Shown here: positions 1-14,994 of the stretch, in pieces
Layout: the number at the start of each line of letters is the position of its first letter
Numbering within the stretch: position 1 is the stretch's first letter
Origin: the human T2T-CHM13v2.0 reference genome, Homo sapiens
Assembly (NCBI RefSeq): GCF_009914755.1
Contig: NC_060925.1
Direction: 5' to 3' (one strand)
DNA: 64,000 nt
Notes under the pieces: model-generated
What the model saw: the letters and a program-made list of their open reading frames with translations, nothing else
Databases searched by the model: none
Told to the model about the DNA's origin: nothing
Translations under genes and position numbers: made by a program

Positions 1-695
1 ATCGAATGAAATCGTCATCAGATGGAAATGAATGGAATCGTCATAGAATGGAATCGAATGGATTCATTGAATGGAATCAGATGGAATCATCGAATGGACT
101 GGAATGGAATCATTGAATGGACTTGAAAGATATCATTATTGAATGGAATTGAATGGAATCATCGAATGGTCTCGATTGGAATCATTATCAAATGGAATCG
201 AATGGAATCACCGAATAGAATCGAATGGAACAATCATCGAATGGACTCAAATGGAATTATCCTCAAATGGAATTGAATGGAATTATCGAATGCAATCCCA
301 TGGAATTATCGAATGCAATCGAATAGAATCATCGAATGGACTCGAATGGAATCATCGAATGGAATGGAATGGAACAGTCAATGAACACGATGGAATCATC
401 ATTGAATGGAATCAAATGGAATCATCGAGTGGAATCGAATGGAATTATGATCCAATGGAATCGAATGTAATCATCATCAAATGGAATCAAAAATAACCAT
501 CATCAATTGGTATTGAATGGAATTGTCATCAAGTGGAATTCAAAGGAATCATAATCAAATGGAACCGAATGGAATCCTCATTGAATGGAAATGAAAGGGG
601 TCATCATCTAATGGAATCGCATGGAATCATCATCAAATGGAATCGAATGGAATTATCATCAAATGGAATCTAATGGAATCATTGAACAGAATTGA

Positions 696-1163
696 ATGGA
701 ATCATCATCGAATGAATTGAATGCAATCATCGAATGGTCTCGAATGGAATCATCTTCTAATGGAAAGGAATGGAATCATCACATAGAATCGAATGGAATT
801 AACATTGAATGGACTCGAATGGAATCAACATCAAACGGAATCAAGCGGAATTATCGAATGGAATCGAAGAGAATCATCGAATGGACTCGAATGGAATCAT
901 CTAATGGAATGGAATGGAATAATCCCCGGACTCGAAAGCAATCATCATCGTATAGAATCGAGTGGAATCATCGAATGGACTCGAATGGAATAATCATTGA
1001 ATGGAATCGAATGGAATCATCATCGGATGGATACGAATGGAATCATCATCGAATGGAAATGAAAGGATTCATCATCTAATGGAATTGCATGGAATCATCA
1101 TAAAATGGAATCGAATGGAATCAACATCAAATGGAATCAAATGGAATCATTGAACGGAATTGA
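696..1163 (+). repeat. 468-bp internal module of the unit (example copy; normally two per unit)
   Basis: Module-start motif ATGGAATC(G/A)TCATCGAATGAATTGAATGCAATC recurs at 468-bp spacing: 696/1164, 3407/3875, 8733/9201/9669, 14527/14995, etc. The first copy typically has TCTTCTAATGGAAAGG (type A) and later copies have TCTTCAAATGGAATGG (type B). Confidence 0.93.
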
Positions 1164-1603
1164 ATGGAATCGTCATCGAATGAATTGAATGCAATCATCG
1201 AATGGTCTCAAATGGAATCATCTTCAAATGGAATGGAATGGAATCATCGCATAGAATCGAATGGAATTATCATGGAATGGAATCGAATGGTATCAACATC
1301 AAATGGAAAAAAACGGAATTATCGAATGGAATCGAAGAGAATCATCGAACGGACCCGAATGGAATCATCTAATGGAATGGAATGGAATAATCCATGGACT
1401 CGAATGCAATCATCATCGAATGGAATCGAATGGAATCATCGAATGGACTCGAATGGAATAATCATTGAACGGAATCGAATGGAATCATCATCGGATGGAA
1501 ATGAATGGAATCATCATCGAATGGAATCGAATAGAATTATGGAATGAAATCCAGTGTGATCATCATCGAATGGACCCGAATGGAATCATCATCCAACGGA
1601 AGC

Positions 1604-1614
1604 TAATGGAATCA
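1604..1614 (+). promoter_or_regulatory. DUX4-type motif TAATGGAATCA (example; about 1-2 per unit across the array)
   Basis: Matches the TAAYBBAATCA consensus, e.g. 671-681, 1604-1614 and 2385-2395. DUX4 binding and activation of HSATII is established. Occupancy of these particular copies is not shown by the sequence. Confidence 0.5.
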
Positions 1615-3406
1615 ACATCGAATGAATCGAATGGAAACACCATCGAATTGAAACGAATGGAATTATCATGAAATTGAAATGGATGGACTCATCATCGAAT
1701 GGATTCGAATGGAATCATCGAATAAAATTGATTGAAATCATCATCGAATGGAATCGAATGGTATCATTGAATGGAATCGAATGGAATCATCATCAGATGG
1801 AAATGAATGGAATCGTCATAGAATGGAATCGAATGGATTCATTGAATGGAATCAGATGGAATCATCGAATGGACTGGAATGGAATCATTGAATGGACTCG
1901 AAAGGGATCATTATTGAATGGAATTGAATGGAATCATCGAATGGTCTCGATTGGAATCATTATCAAATGGAATCGAATGGAATCACCGAATAGAATCGAA
2001 TGGAACAATCATCGAATGGACTCAAATTGAATTATCCTCAAATGGAATCGAATAGTATTATCGAATGCAATCGAATGGAATTATCGAATGCAATCGAATA
2101 GAATCATCGAATGGACTCGAATGGAATCATCGAATGGAATGGAATGGAACAGTCAATGAACTCGAATGGAATCATCATTGAATGGAATCGAATGGAATCA
2201 TCGAGTGGAATCGAATGGAATTATGATCAAATGGAATCGAATGTAATCATCATCAAATGGAATCAAAAATAACCATCATCAATTGGTATTGAATGGAATT
2301 GTCATCAAATGGAATTCAAAGGAATCATCATCAAATGGAACCGAATGGAATCCTCATTGAATGGAAATGAAAGGGGTCATCATCTAATGGAATCACATGG
2401 AATCATCATCAAATGGAATCGAATGGAATCATCATCAAATGGAATCTGATGGAATCATTGAACAGAATTGAATGGAATCGTCATCGAATGAATTGAATGC
2501 AATCATCGAATGGTCTCGAATGGAATCGTCTTCTAATGGAAAGGAATGGAATCATCGCATAGAATCGAATGGAATTATCATCGAATGGAATCGAATGGTA
2601 TCAACATCAAACGGAAAAAAACGGAATTCTCGAATGGAATCGAAGAGAATCTTCGAACGGACCCGAATGGAATCATCTAATGGAATGGAATGGAATAACC
2701 ATGGACTGGAAGGCAATCATCATCGAATGGAATCGAATGGAATCATCGAATGGACTCGAATGGAATAATCATTGAACGGAATCGAATGGAATCATCATCG
2801 GATGGAAACGAATGGAATCATCATCGAATGGAAATGAAAGGAGTCATCATCTAATGGAATTGAATGGAATCATCATAAAATGGAATCGAATGGAATCAAC
2901 ATCAAATGGAATCAAATGGAATCATTGAACGGAATTGAATGGAATCGTCATCGAATGAATTGAATGCAATCATCAAATGGTCTCGAATGGAATCATCTTC
3001 AAATGGAATGGAATGGAATCATCGCATAGAATCGAATGGAATTATCATCGAATGGAATCGAATGGAATCAACATCAAACGGAAAAAAACGGAATTATCGA
3101 ATGGAATAAAAGAGAATCATCGAACGGACACGAATGGAATCATCTAATGGAATGGAATGGAATAATCCATGGACTCGAATGCAATCATCATCGAATGGAA
3201 TCGAATGGAATCATCGAATGGACTCGAATGGAATAATCATTGAACGGAATCGAATGGAATCATCATCGGATGGAAACGAATGGAATCATCATCGAATGGA
3301 AATGAAACGAGTCATCATCTAATGGAATTGCATGGAATCATCATAAAATGGAATCGAATGGAATCAACATCAAATGGAATCAAATGGAATCATTGAACGG
3401 AATTGA

Positions 3407-6400
3407 ATGGAATCGTCATCGAATGAATTGAATGCAATCATCGAATGGTCTCGAATGGAATCATCTTCAAATGGAATGGAATGGAATCATCGCATAGAAT
3501 CGAATGGAATTATCATCGAATGGAATCGAATGGAATCAACATCAAACGGAAAAAAACGGAATTATCGTATGGAATCGAAGAGAATCATCGAATGGACCCG
3601 AATGGAATCATCTAATGGAATGGAATGGAATAATCCATGGACTCGAAAGCAATCATCATCGAATGGAATCGAATGGAATCATCGAATGGACTCGAATGGA
3701 ATAATCATTGAACGGAATCGAATGGAATCATCATCGGATGGAAACGAATGGAATCATCATCGAATGGAAATGAAAGGAGTCATCATCTAATGGAATTGCA
3801 TGGAATCATCATAAAATGGATTCGAATGGAATCAACATCAAATGGAATCAAATGGAATCATTGAACGGAATTGAATGGAATCGTCATCGAATGAATTGAA
3901 TGCAATCATCGAATGGTCTCGAATGGAATCATCTTCAAATGGAATGGAATGGAATCATCGCATAGAATCGAATGGAATTATCATCGAATGGAATCGAATG
4001 GAATCAACATCAAACGGAAAAAAACGGAATTATCGTATGGAATCGAAGAGAATCATCGAATGGACCCGAATGGAGTCATCTAATGGAATGGAATGGAATA
4101 ATCCATGGACTCGAATGCAATCATCATCGAATGGAATCGAATGGAATCATCGAATGGACTCGAATGGAATAATCATTGAACGGAATCGAATGGAATCATC
4201 ATCGGATGGAAACGAACGGAATCATCATCGAATGGAATTGAATAGAATTATGGAATGAAATCCAGTGTGATCATCATCGAATGGACCCGAATGGAATCAT
4301 CATCCAACGGAAGCTAATGGAATCAACATCGAATGAATCGAATGCAAACACCATCGAATTGAAACGAATGGAATTATCATGAAATTGAAATGGATGGACT
4401 CATCATCGAATGGATTCGAATGGAATCATCGAATAAAATTGATTGAAATCATCATCAAATGGAATCGAATGGTATCATTGAATGGAATCGAATGGAATCA
4501 TCATCAGATGGAAATGAATGGAATCGTCATAGAATGGAATCGAATGGATTCATTGAATGGAATCAGATGGAATCATCGAATGGACTGGAATGGAATCATT
4601 GAATGGACTCGAAAGGGATCATTATTGAATGGAATTGAATGGAATCATCGAATGGTCTCGATTGGAATCATTATCAAATGGAATCGAATGGAATCACCGA
4701 ATAGAATCGAATGGAACAATCATCGAATGGACTCAAATGGAATTATCCTCAAATGGAATCGAATGGAATTATCGAATGCAATCGAATGGAATTATCGAAT
4801 GCAATCGAATAGAATCATCGAATGGACTCGAATGGAATCATCGAATGGAATGGAATGGAACAGTCAATGAACTCGAATGGAATCATCATTGAATGGAATC
4901 GAATGGAATCATCGAGTGGAATCGAATGGAATTATGATCAAATGGAATCGAATGTAATCATCATCAAATGGAATCAAAAATAACCATCATCAATTGGTAT
5001 TCAATGGAATTGTCATCAAATGGAATTCAAAGGAATCATCATCAAATGGAACCGAATGGAATCCTCATTGAATGGAAATGAAAGGGGTCATCATCTAATG
5101 GAATCACATGGAATCATCATCAAATGGAATCGAATGGAATCATCATCAAATGGAATCTGATGGAATCATTGAACAGAATTGAATGGAATCGTCATCGAAA
5201 GAATTGAATGCAATCATCGAATGGTCTCGAAAGGAATCGTCTTCTAATGGAAAGGAATGGAATCATCGCATAGAATCGAATGGAATTATCATCGAATGGA
5301 ATCGAATGGTATCAACATCAAACGGAAAAAAACGGAATTATCGAATGGAATCGAAGAGAATCTTCGAACGGACCCGAATGGAATCATCTAATGGAATGGA
5401 ATGGAATAACCATGGACTGGAAGGCAATGATCATCGAATGGAATCGAATGGAATCATCGAATGGACTCGAATGGAATAATCATTGAACGGAATCGAATGG
5501 AATCATCATCGGATGGAAACGAATGGAATCATCATCGAATGGAAATGAAAGGAGTCATCATCTAATGGAAATGAATGGAATCATCATAAAATGGAATCGA
5601 ATGGATTCAACATCAAATGGAATCAAATGGAATCATTGAACGGAATTGAATGCAATCGTCATCGAATGAATTGAATGCAATCATCAAATGGTCTCGAATG
5701 GAATCATCTTCAAATGGAATGGAATGGAATCATCGCATAGAATCGAATGGAATTATCATCGAATGGAATCGAATGGAATCAACATCAAACGGAAAAAAAC
5801 GGAATTATCGTATGGAATCGAAGAGAATCATCGAATGGACCCGAATGGAATCATCTAATGGAATGGAATGGAATAATCCATGGACTCGAATGCAATCATC
5901 ATCGAATGGAATCGAATGGAATAATCGAATGGACTCGAATGGAATAATCATTGAACGGAATCGAATGGAATCATCATCGGATGGAAATGAATGGAATCAT
6001 CATCGAATGGAATCGGATAGAATTATGGAATGAAATCCAGTGTGATCATCATCGAATGGACCCGAATGGAATCATCATCCAACGGAAGCTAATGGAATCA
6101 ACATCGAATGAATCGAATGGAAACACCATCGAATTGAAACGAATGGAATTATCATGAAATTGAAATGGATGGACTCATCATCGAATGGATTCGAATGGAA
6201 TCATCGAATAAAATTGATTGAAATCATCATAGAATGTAATCGAATGGTATCATTGAATGGAATCGAATGGAATCATCATCAGATGGAAATTAATGGAATC
6301 GTCATAGAATGGAATCGAATGGATTCATTGAATGGAATCAGATGGAATCATCGAATGGACTGGAATGGAATCATTGAATGGACTCGAAAGGGATCATGAT

Positions 6401-9400
6401 TGAATGGAATTGAATGGAATCATCGAATGGTCTCGATTGGAATCATTATCAAATGGAAACGAATGGAATCACCGAATAGAATCGAATGGAACAATCATCG
6501 AATGGACTCAAATGGAATTATCCTCAAATGGAATGGAATGGAATTATCGAATGCAATCGAATGGAATTATCGAATGCAATCGAATATAATCATCGAATGG
6601 ACTCGAAAGGAATCATTGAATGGAAGGGAATGGAACAGTCAATGAACTCGAATGGAATCATCATTGAATGGAATCGAATGGAATCATCGAGTGGAATCGA
6701 ATGGAATTATGATCAAATGGAATCGAATGTAATCATCATCAAATGGAATCAAAAATAACCATCATCAATTGGTATTCAATGGAATTGTCATCAAATGGAA
6801 TTCAAAGGAATCATCATCAAATGGAACCGAATGGAATCCTCATTGAATGGAAATGAAAGGGGTCATCATCTAATGGAATCGCATGGAAGCATCATCAAAT
6901 GGAATCGAATGGAATCATCATCAAATGGAATCTGATGGAATCATTGAACAGAATTGAATGGAATCGTCATCGAATGAATTGAATGCAATCATCGAATGGT
7001 CTCGAATGGAATCGTCTTCTAATGGAAAGGAATGGAATCATCGCATAGAATCGAATGGAATTATCATCGAATGGAATCGAATGGTATCAACATCAAACGG
7101 AAAAAAACGGAATTATCGAATGGAATCGAAGAGAATCTTCGAACGGACCCGAATGGAATCATCTAATGGAATGGAATGGAATAACCATGGACTGGAAGGC
7201 AATCATCATCGAATGGAATCGAATGGAATCATCGAATGGACTCGAATGGAATAATCATTGAACGGAATCGAATGGAATCATCATCGGATGGAAACGAATG
7301 GAATCATCATCGAATGGAAATGAAAGGAGTCATCATCTAATGGAATTGAATGGAATCATCATAAAATGGAATCGAATGGATTCAACATCAAATGGAATCA
7401 AATGGAATCATTGAACGGAATTGAATGCAATCGTCATCGAATGAATTGAATGCAATCATCAAATGGTCTCGAATGGAATCATCTTCAAATGGAATGGAAT
7501 GGAATCATCGCATAGAATCGAATGGAATTATCATCGAATGGAATCGAATGGAATCAACATCAAACGGAAAAAAACGGAATTATGGAATGGAATAAAAGAG
7601 AATCATCGAACGGACACGAATGGAATCATCTAATGGAATGGAATGGAATAATCCATGGACTCGAATGCAATCATCATCGAATGGAATCGAATGGAATCAT
7701 CGAATGGACTCGAATGGAATAATCATTGAACGGAATCGAATGGAATCATCATCGGATGGAAATGAATGGAATCATCATCGAATGGAATCGAATAGAATTA
7801 TGGAATGAAATCCAGTGTGATCATCATCGAATGGACCCGAATGGAATCATCATCCAACGGAAGCTAATGGAATCAACATCGAATGAATCGAATGGAAACA
7901 CCATCGAATTGAAACGAATGGAATTATCATGAAATTGAAATGGATGGACTCATCATCGAATGGATTCGAATGGAATCATCGAATAAAATTGATTGAAATC
8001 ATCATCAAATGGAATCGAATGGTATCATTGAATGGAATCGAATGGAATCATCTTCAGATGGAAATGAATGGAATCGTCATAGAATGGAATCGAATGGATT
8101 CATTGAATGGAATCAGATGGAATCATCGAATGGACTGGAATGGAATCATTGAATGGACTCGAAAGGGATCATGATTGAATGGAATTGAATGGAATCATCG
8201 AATGGTCTCGATTGGAATCATTATCAAATGGAAACGAATGGAATCACCGAATAGAATCGAATGGAACAATCATCGAATGGACTCAAATGGAATTATCCTC
8301 AAATGGAATGGAATGGAATTATCGAATGCAATCGAATGGAATTATCGAATGCAATCGAATAGAATCATCGAATGGACTCGAATGGAATCATCGAATGGAA
8401 TGGAATGGAACAGTCAATGAACTCGAATGGAATCATCATTGAATGGAATGGAATGGAATCATCGAGTGGAATCGAATGGAATTATGATCAAATGGAATCG
8501 AATGTAATCATCATCAAATGGAATCAAAAATAACCATCATCAATTGGTATTCAATGGAATTGTCATCAAATGGAATTCAAAGGAATCATCATCAAATGGA
8601 ACCGAATGGAATCCTCATTGAATGGAAATGAAAGGGGTCATCATCTAATGGAATCGCATGGAATCATCATCAAATGGAATCGAATGGAATCATCATCAAA
8701 TGGAATCTGATGGAATCATTGAACAGAATTGAATGGAATCGTCATCGAATGAATTGAATGCAATCATCGAATGGTCTCGAATGGAATCGTCTTCTAATGG
8801 AAAGGAATGGAATCATCGCATAGAATCGAATGGAATTATCATCGAATGGAATCGAATGGTATCAACATCAAACGGAAAAAAACGGAATTATCGAATGGAA
8901 TCGAAGAGAATCTTCGAACGGACCCGAATGGAATCATCTAATGGAATGGAATGGAATAATCCATGGACTCGAATGCAATCATCATCGAATGGAATCGAAT
9001 GGAATCATCGAATGGACTCGAATGGAATAATCATTGAACGGAATCGAATGGAATCATCATCGGATGGAAACGAATGGAATCATCATCGAATGGAAATGAA
9101 ACGAGTCATCATCTAATGGAATTGCATGGAATCATCATAAAATGGAATCGAATGGAATCAACATCAAATGGAATCAAATGGAATCATTGAACGGAATTGA
9201 ATGGAATCGTCATCGAATGAATTGAATGCAATCATCGAATGGTCTCGAATGGAATCATCTTCAAATGGAATGGAATGGAATCATCGCATAGAATCGAATG
9301 GAATTATCATCGAATGGAATCAAATGGAATCAACATCAAACGGAAAAAAACGGAATTATCGTATGGAATCGAAGAGAATCATCGAATGGACCCGAATGGA

Positions 9401-12400
9401 ATCATCTAATGGAATGGAATGGAATAATCCATGGACTCGAAAGCAATCATCATCGAATGGAATCGAATGGAATCATCGAATGGACTCGAATGGAATAATC
9501 ATTGAACGGAATCGAATGGAATCATCATCGGATGGAAACGAATGGAATCATCATCGAATGGAAATGAAAGGAGTCATCATCTAATGGAATTGCATGGAAT
9601 CATCATAAAATGGATTCGAATGGAATCAACATCAAATGGAATCAAATGGAATCATTGAACGGAATTGAATGGAATCGTCATCGAATGAATTGAATGCAAT
9701 CATCGAATGGTCTCGAATGGAATCATCTTCAAATGGAATGGAATGGAATCATCGCATAGAATCGAATGGAATTATCATCGAATGGAATCGAATGGAATCA
9801 ACATCAAACGGAAAAAAACGGAATTATCGTATGGAATCGAAGAGAATCATCGAATGGACCCGAATGGAGTCATCTAATGGAATGGAATGGAATAATCCAT
9901 GGACTCGAATGCAATCATCATCGAATGGAATCGAATGGAATCATCGAATGGACTCGAATGGAATAATCATTGAACGGAATCGAATGGAATCATCATCGGA
10001 TGGAAACGAACGGAATCATCATCGAATGGAATTGAATAGAATTATGGAATGAAATCCAGTGTGATCATCATCGAATGGACCCGAATGGAATCATCATCCA
10101 ACGGAAGCTAATGGAATCAACATCGAATGAATCGAATGCAAACACCATCGAATTGAAACGAATGGAATTATCATGAAATTGAAATGGATGGACTCATCAT
10201 CGAATGGATTCGAATGGAATCATCGAATAAAATTGATTGAAATCATCATCAAATGGAATCGAATGGTATCATTGAATGGAATCGAATGGAATCATCATCA
10301 GATGGAAATGAATGGAATCGTCATAGAATGGAATCGAATGGATTCATTGAATGGAATCAGATGGAATCATCGAATGGACTGGAATGGAATCATTGAATGG
10401 ACTCGAAAGGGATCATTATTGAATGGAATTGAATGGAATCATCGAATGGTCTCGATTGGAATCATTATCAAATGGAATCGAATGGAATCACCGAATAGAA
10501 TCGAATGGAACAATCATCGAATGGACTCAAATGGAATTATCCTCAAATGGAATCGAATGGAATTATCGAATGCAATCGAATGGAATTATCGAATGCAATC
10601 GAATAGAATCATCGAATGGACTCGAATGGAATCATCGAATGGAATGGAATGGAACAGTCAATGAACTCGAATGGAATCATCATTGAATGGAATCGAATGG
10701 AATCATCGAGTGGAATCGAATGGAATTATGATCAAATGGAATCGAATGTAATCATCATCAAATGGAATCAAAAATAACCATCATCAATTGGTATTGAATG
10801 GAATTGTCATCAAATGGAATTCAAAGGAATCATCATCAAATGGAACCGAATGGAATCCTCATTGAATGGAAATGAAAGGGGTCATCATCTAATGGAATCA
10901 CATGGAATCATCATCAAATGGAATCGAATGGAATCATCATCAAATGGAATCTGATGGAATCATTGAACAGAATTGAATGGAATCGTCATCGAAAGAATTG
11001 AATGCAATCATCGAATGGTCTCGAAAGGAATCGTCTTCTAATGGAAAGGAATGGAATCATCGCATAGAATCGAATGGAATTATCATCGAATGGAATCGAA
11101 TGGTATCAACATCAAACGGAAAAAAACGGAATTATCGAATGGAATCGAAGAGAATCTTCGAACGGACCCGAATGGAATCATCTAATGGAATGGAATGGAA
11201 TAACCATGGACTGGAAGGCAATGATCATCGAATGGAATCGAATGGAATCATCGAATGGACTCGAATGGAATAATCATTGAACGGAATCGAATGGAATCAT
11301 CATCGGATGGAAACGAATGGAATCATCATCGAATGGAAATGAAAGGAGTCATCATCTAATGGAAATGAATGGAATCATCATAAAATGGAATCGAATGGAT
11401 TCAACATCAAATGGAATCAAATGGAATCATTGAACGGAATTGAATGCAATCGTCATCGAATGAATTGAATGCAATCATCAAATGGTCTCGAATGGAATCA
11501 TCTTCAAATGGAATGGAATGGAATCATCGCATAGAATCGAATGGAATTATCATCGAATGGAATCGAATGGAATCAACATCAAACGGAAAAAAACGGAATT
11601 ATCGTATGGAATCGAAGAGAATCATCGAATGGACCCGAATGGAATCATCTAATGGAATGGAATGGAATAATCCATGGACTCGAATGCAATCATCATCGAA
11701 TGGAATCGAATGGAATAATCGAATGGACTCGAACGGAATAATCATTGAACGGAATCGAATGGAATCATCATCGGATGGAAACGAATGGAATCATCATCGA
11801 ATGGAATCGGATAGAATTATGGAATGAAATCCAGTGTGATCATCATCGAATGGACCCGGATGGAATCATCATCCAACGGAAGCTAATGGAATCAACATCG
11901 AATGAATCGAATGGAAACACCATCGAATTGAAACGAATGGAATTATCATGAAATTGAAATGGATGGACTCATCATCGAATGGATTCGAATGGAATCATCG
12001 AATAAAATTGATTGAAATCATCATCAAATGGAATCGAATGGTATCATTGAATGGAATCGAATGGAATCATCATCAGATGGAAATGAATGGAATCGTCATA
12101 GAATGGAATCGAATGGATTCATTGAATGGAATCAGATGGAATCATCGAATGGACTGGAATGGAATCATTGAATGGACTCGAAAGGGATCATTATTGAATG
12201 GAATTGAATGGAATCATCGAATGGTCTCGATTGGAATCATTATCAAATGGAATCGAATGGAATCACCGAATAGAATCGAATGGAACAATCATCGAATGGA
12301 CTCAAATGGAATTATCCTCAAATGGAATCGAATGGAATTATCGAATGCAATCGAATGGAATTATCGAATGCAATCGAATAGAATCATCGAATGGACTCGA

Positions 12401-14994
12401 ATGGAATCATCGAATGGAATGGAATGGAACAGTCAATGAACTCGAATGGAATCATCATTGAATGGAATCGAATGGAATCATCGAGTGGAATCGAATGGAA
12501 ATATGATCAAATGGAATCGAATGTAATCATCATCAAATGGAATCAAAAATAACCATCATCAATTGGTATTGAATGGAATTGTCATCAAATGGAATTCAAA
12601 GGAATCATCATCAAATGGAACCGAATGGAATCCTCATTGAATGGAAATGAAAGGGGTCATCATCTAATGGAATCACATGGAATCATCATCAAATGGAATC
12701 GAATGGAATCATCATCAAATGGAATCTGATGGAATCATTGAACAGAATTGAATGGAATCGTCATCGAATGAATTGAATGCAATCATCGAATGGTCTCGAA
12801 TGGAATCGTCTTCTAATGGAAAGGAATGGAATCATCGCATAGAATCGAATGGAATTATCATCGAATGGAATCGAATGGTATCAACATCAAACGGAAAAAA
12901 ACGGAATTATCGAATGGAATCGAAGAGAATCTTCGAACGGACACGAATGGAATCATCTAATGGAATGGAATGGAATAACCATGGACTGGAAGGCAATCAT
13001 CATCGAATGGAATCGAATGGAATCATCGAATGGACTCGAATGGAATAATCATTGAACGGAATCGAATGGAATCATCATCGGATGGAAACGAATGGAATCA
13101 TCATCGAATGGAAATGAAAGGAGTCATCATCTAATGGAATTGAATGGAATCATCATAAAATGGAATCGAATGGATTCAACATCAAATGGAATCAAATGGA
13201 ATCATTGAACGGAATTGAATGCAATCGTCATCGAATGAATTGAATGCAATCATCAAATGGTCTCGAATGGAATCATCTTCAAATGGAATGGAATGGAATC
13301 ATCGCATAGAATCGAATGGAATTATCATCGAATGGAATCGAATGGAATCAACATCAAACGGAAAAAAACGGAATTATGGAATGGAATAAAAGAGAATCAT
13401 CGAACGGACACGAATGGAATCATCTAATGGAATGGAATGGAATAATCCATGGACTCGAATGCAATCATCATCGAATGGAATCGAATGGAATCATCGAATG
13501 GACTCGAATGGAATAATCATTGAACGGAATCGAATGGAATCATCATCGGATGGAAATGAATGGAATCATCATCGAATGGAATCGAATAGAATTATGGAAT
13601 GAAATCCAGTGTGATCATCATCGAATGGACCCGAATGGAATCATCATCCAACGGAAGCTAATGGAATCAACATCGAATGAATCGAATGGAAACACCATCG
13701 AATTGAAACGAATGGAATTATCATGAAATTGAAATGGATGGACTCATCATCGAATGGATTCGAATGGAATCATCGAATAAAATTGATTGAAATCATCATC
13801 AAATGGAATCGAATGGTATCATTGAATGGAATCGAATGGAATCATCTTCAGATGGAAATGAATGGAATCGTCATAGAATGGAATCGAATGGATTCATTGA
13901 ATGGAATCAGATGGAATCATCGAATGGACTGGAATGGAATCATTGAATGGACTCGAAAGGGATCATGATTGAATGGAATTGAATGGAATCATCGAATGGT
14001 CTCGATTGGAATCATTATCAAATGGAAACGAATGGAATCACCGAATAGAATCGAATGGAACAATCATCGAATGGACTCAAATGGAATTATCCTCAAATGG
14101 AATGGAATAGAATTATCGAATGCAATCGAATGGAATTATCGAATGCAATCGAATAGAATCATCGAATGGACTCGAATGGAATCATCGAATGGAATGGAAT
14201 GGAACAGTCAATGAACTCGAATGGAATCATCATTGAATGGAATCGAATGGAATCATCGAGTGGAATCGAATGGAATTATGATCAAATGGAATCGAATGTA
14301 ATCATCATCAAATGGAATCAAAAATAACCATCATCAATTGGTATTCAATGGAATTGTCATCAAATGGAATTCAAAGGAATCATCATCAAATGGAACCGAA
14401 TGGAATCCTCATTGAATGGAAATGAAAGGGGTCATCATCTAATGGAATCGCATGGAATCATCATCAAATGGAATCGAATGGAATCATCATCAAATGGAAT
14501 CTGATGGAATCATTGAACAGAATTGAATGGAATCGTCATCGAATGAATTGAATGCAATCATCGAATGGTCTCGAATGGAATCGTCTTCTAATGGAAAGGA
14601 ATGGAATCATCGCATAGAATCGAATGGAATTATCATCGAATGGAATCGAATGGTATCAACATCAAACGGAAAAAAACGGAATTATCGAATGGAATCGAAG
14701 AGAATCTTCGAACGGACCCGAATGGAATCATCTAATGGAATGGAATGGAATAATCCATGGACTCGAATGCAATCATCATCGAATGGAATCGAATGGAATC
14801 ATCGAATGGACTCGAATGGAATAATCATTGAACGGAATCGAATGGAATCATCATCGGATGGAAACGAATGGAATAATCATCGAATGGAAATGAAAGGAGT
14901 CATCATCTAATGGAATTGCATGGAATCATCATAAAATGGATTCGAATGGAATCAACATCAAATGGAATCAAATGGAATCATTGAACGGAATTGA
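3407..14994 (+). repeat. Two related ~5794-bp blocks (2244+1775+1775), partly mosaic
   Basis: Private variants repeat at +5794: modules 3407/9201 (CTCGAAAGCAATC), 3875/9669 (TGGAGTCATC, AATGCAAACAC downstream), 5183/10977 (TCGAAAGAATTG), 5650/11444 and 7929/13723. The cores at 6154 and 11948 differ. Confidence 0.85.

Noticed and set aside
2641-2660. Possible heat shock element GAAGAGAATCTTCGAA in type A modules
   Set aside because: Only two correctly spaced inverted nGAAn units are present, whereas a canonical HSE needs three. HSF1 stress bodies are mainly linked to HSat3.
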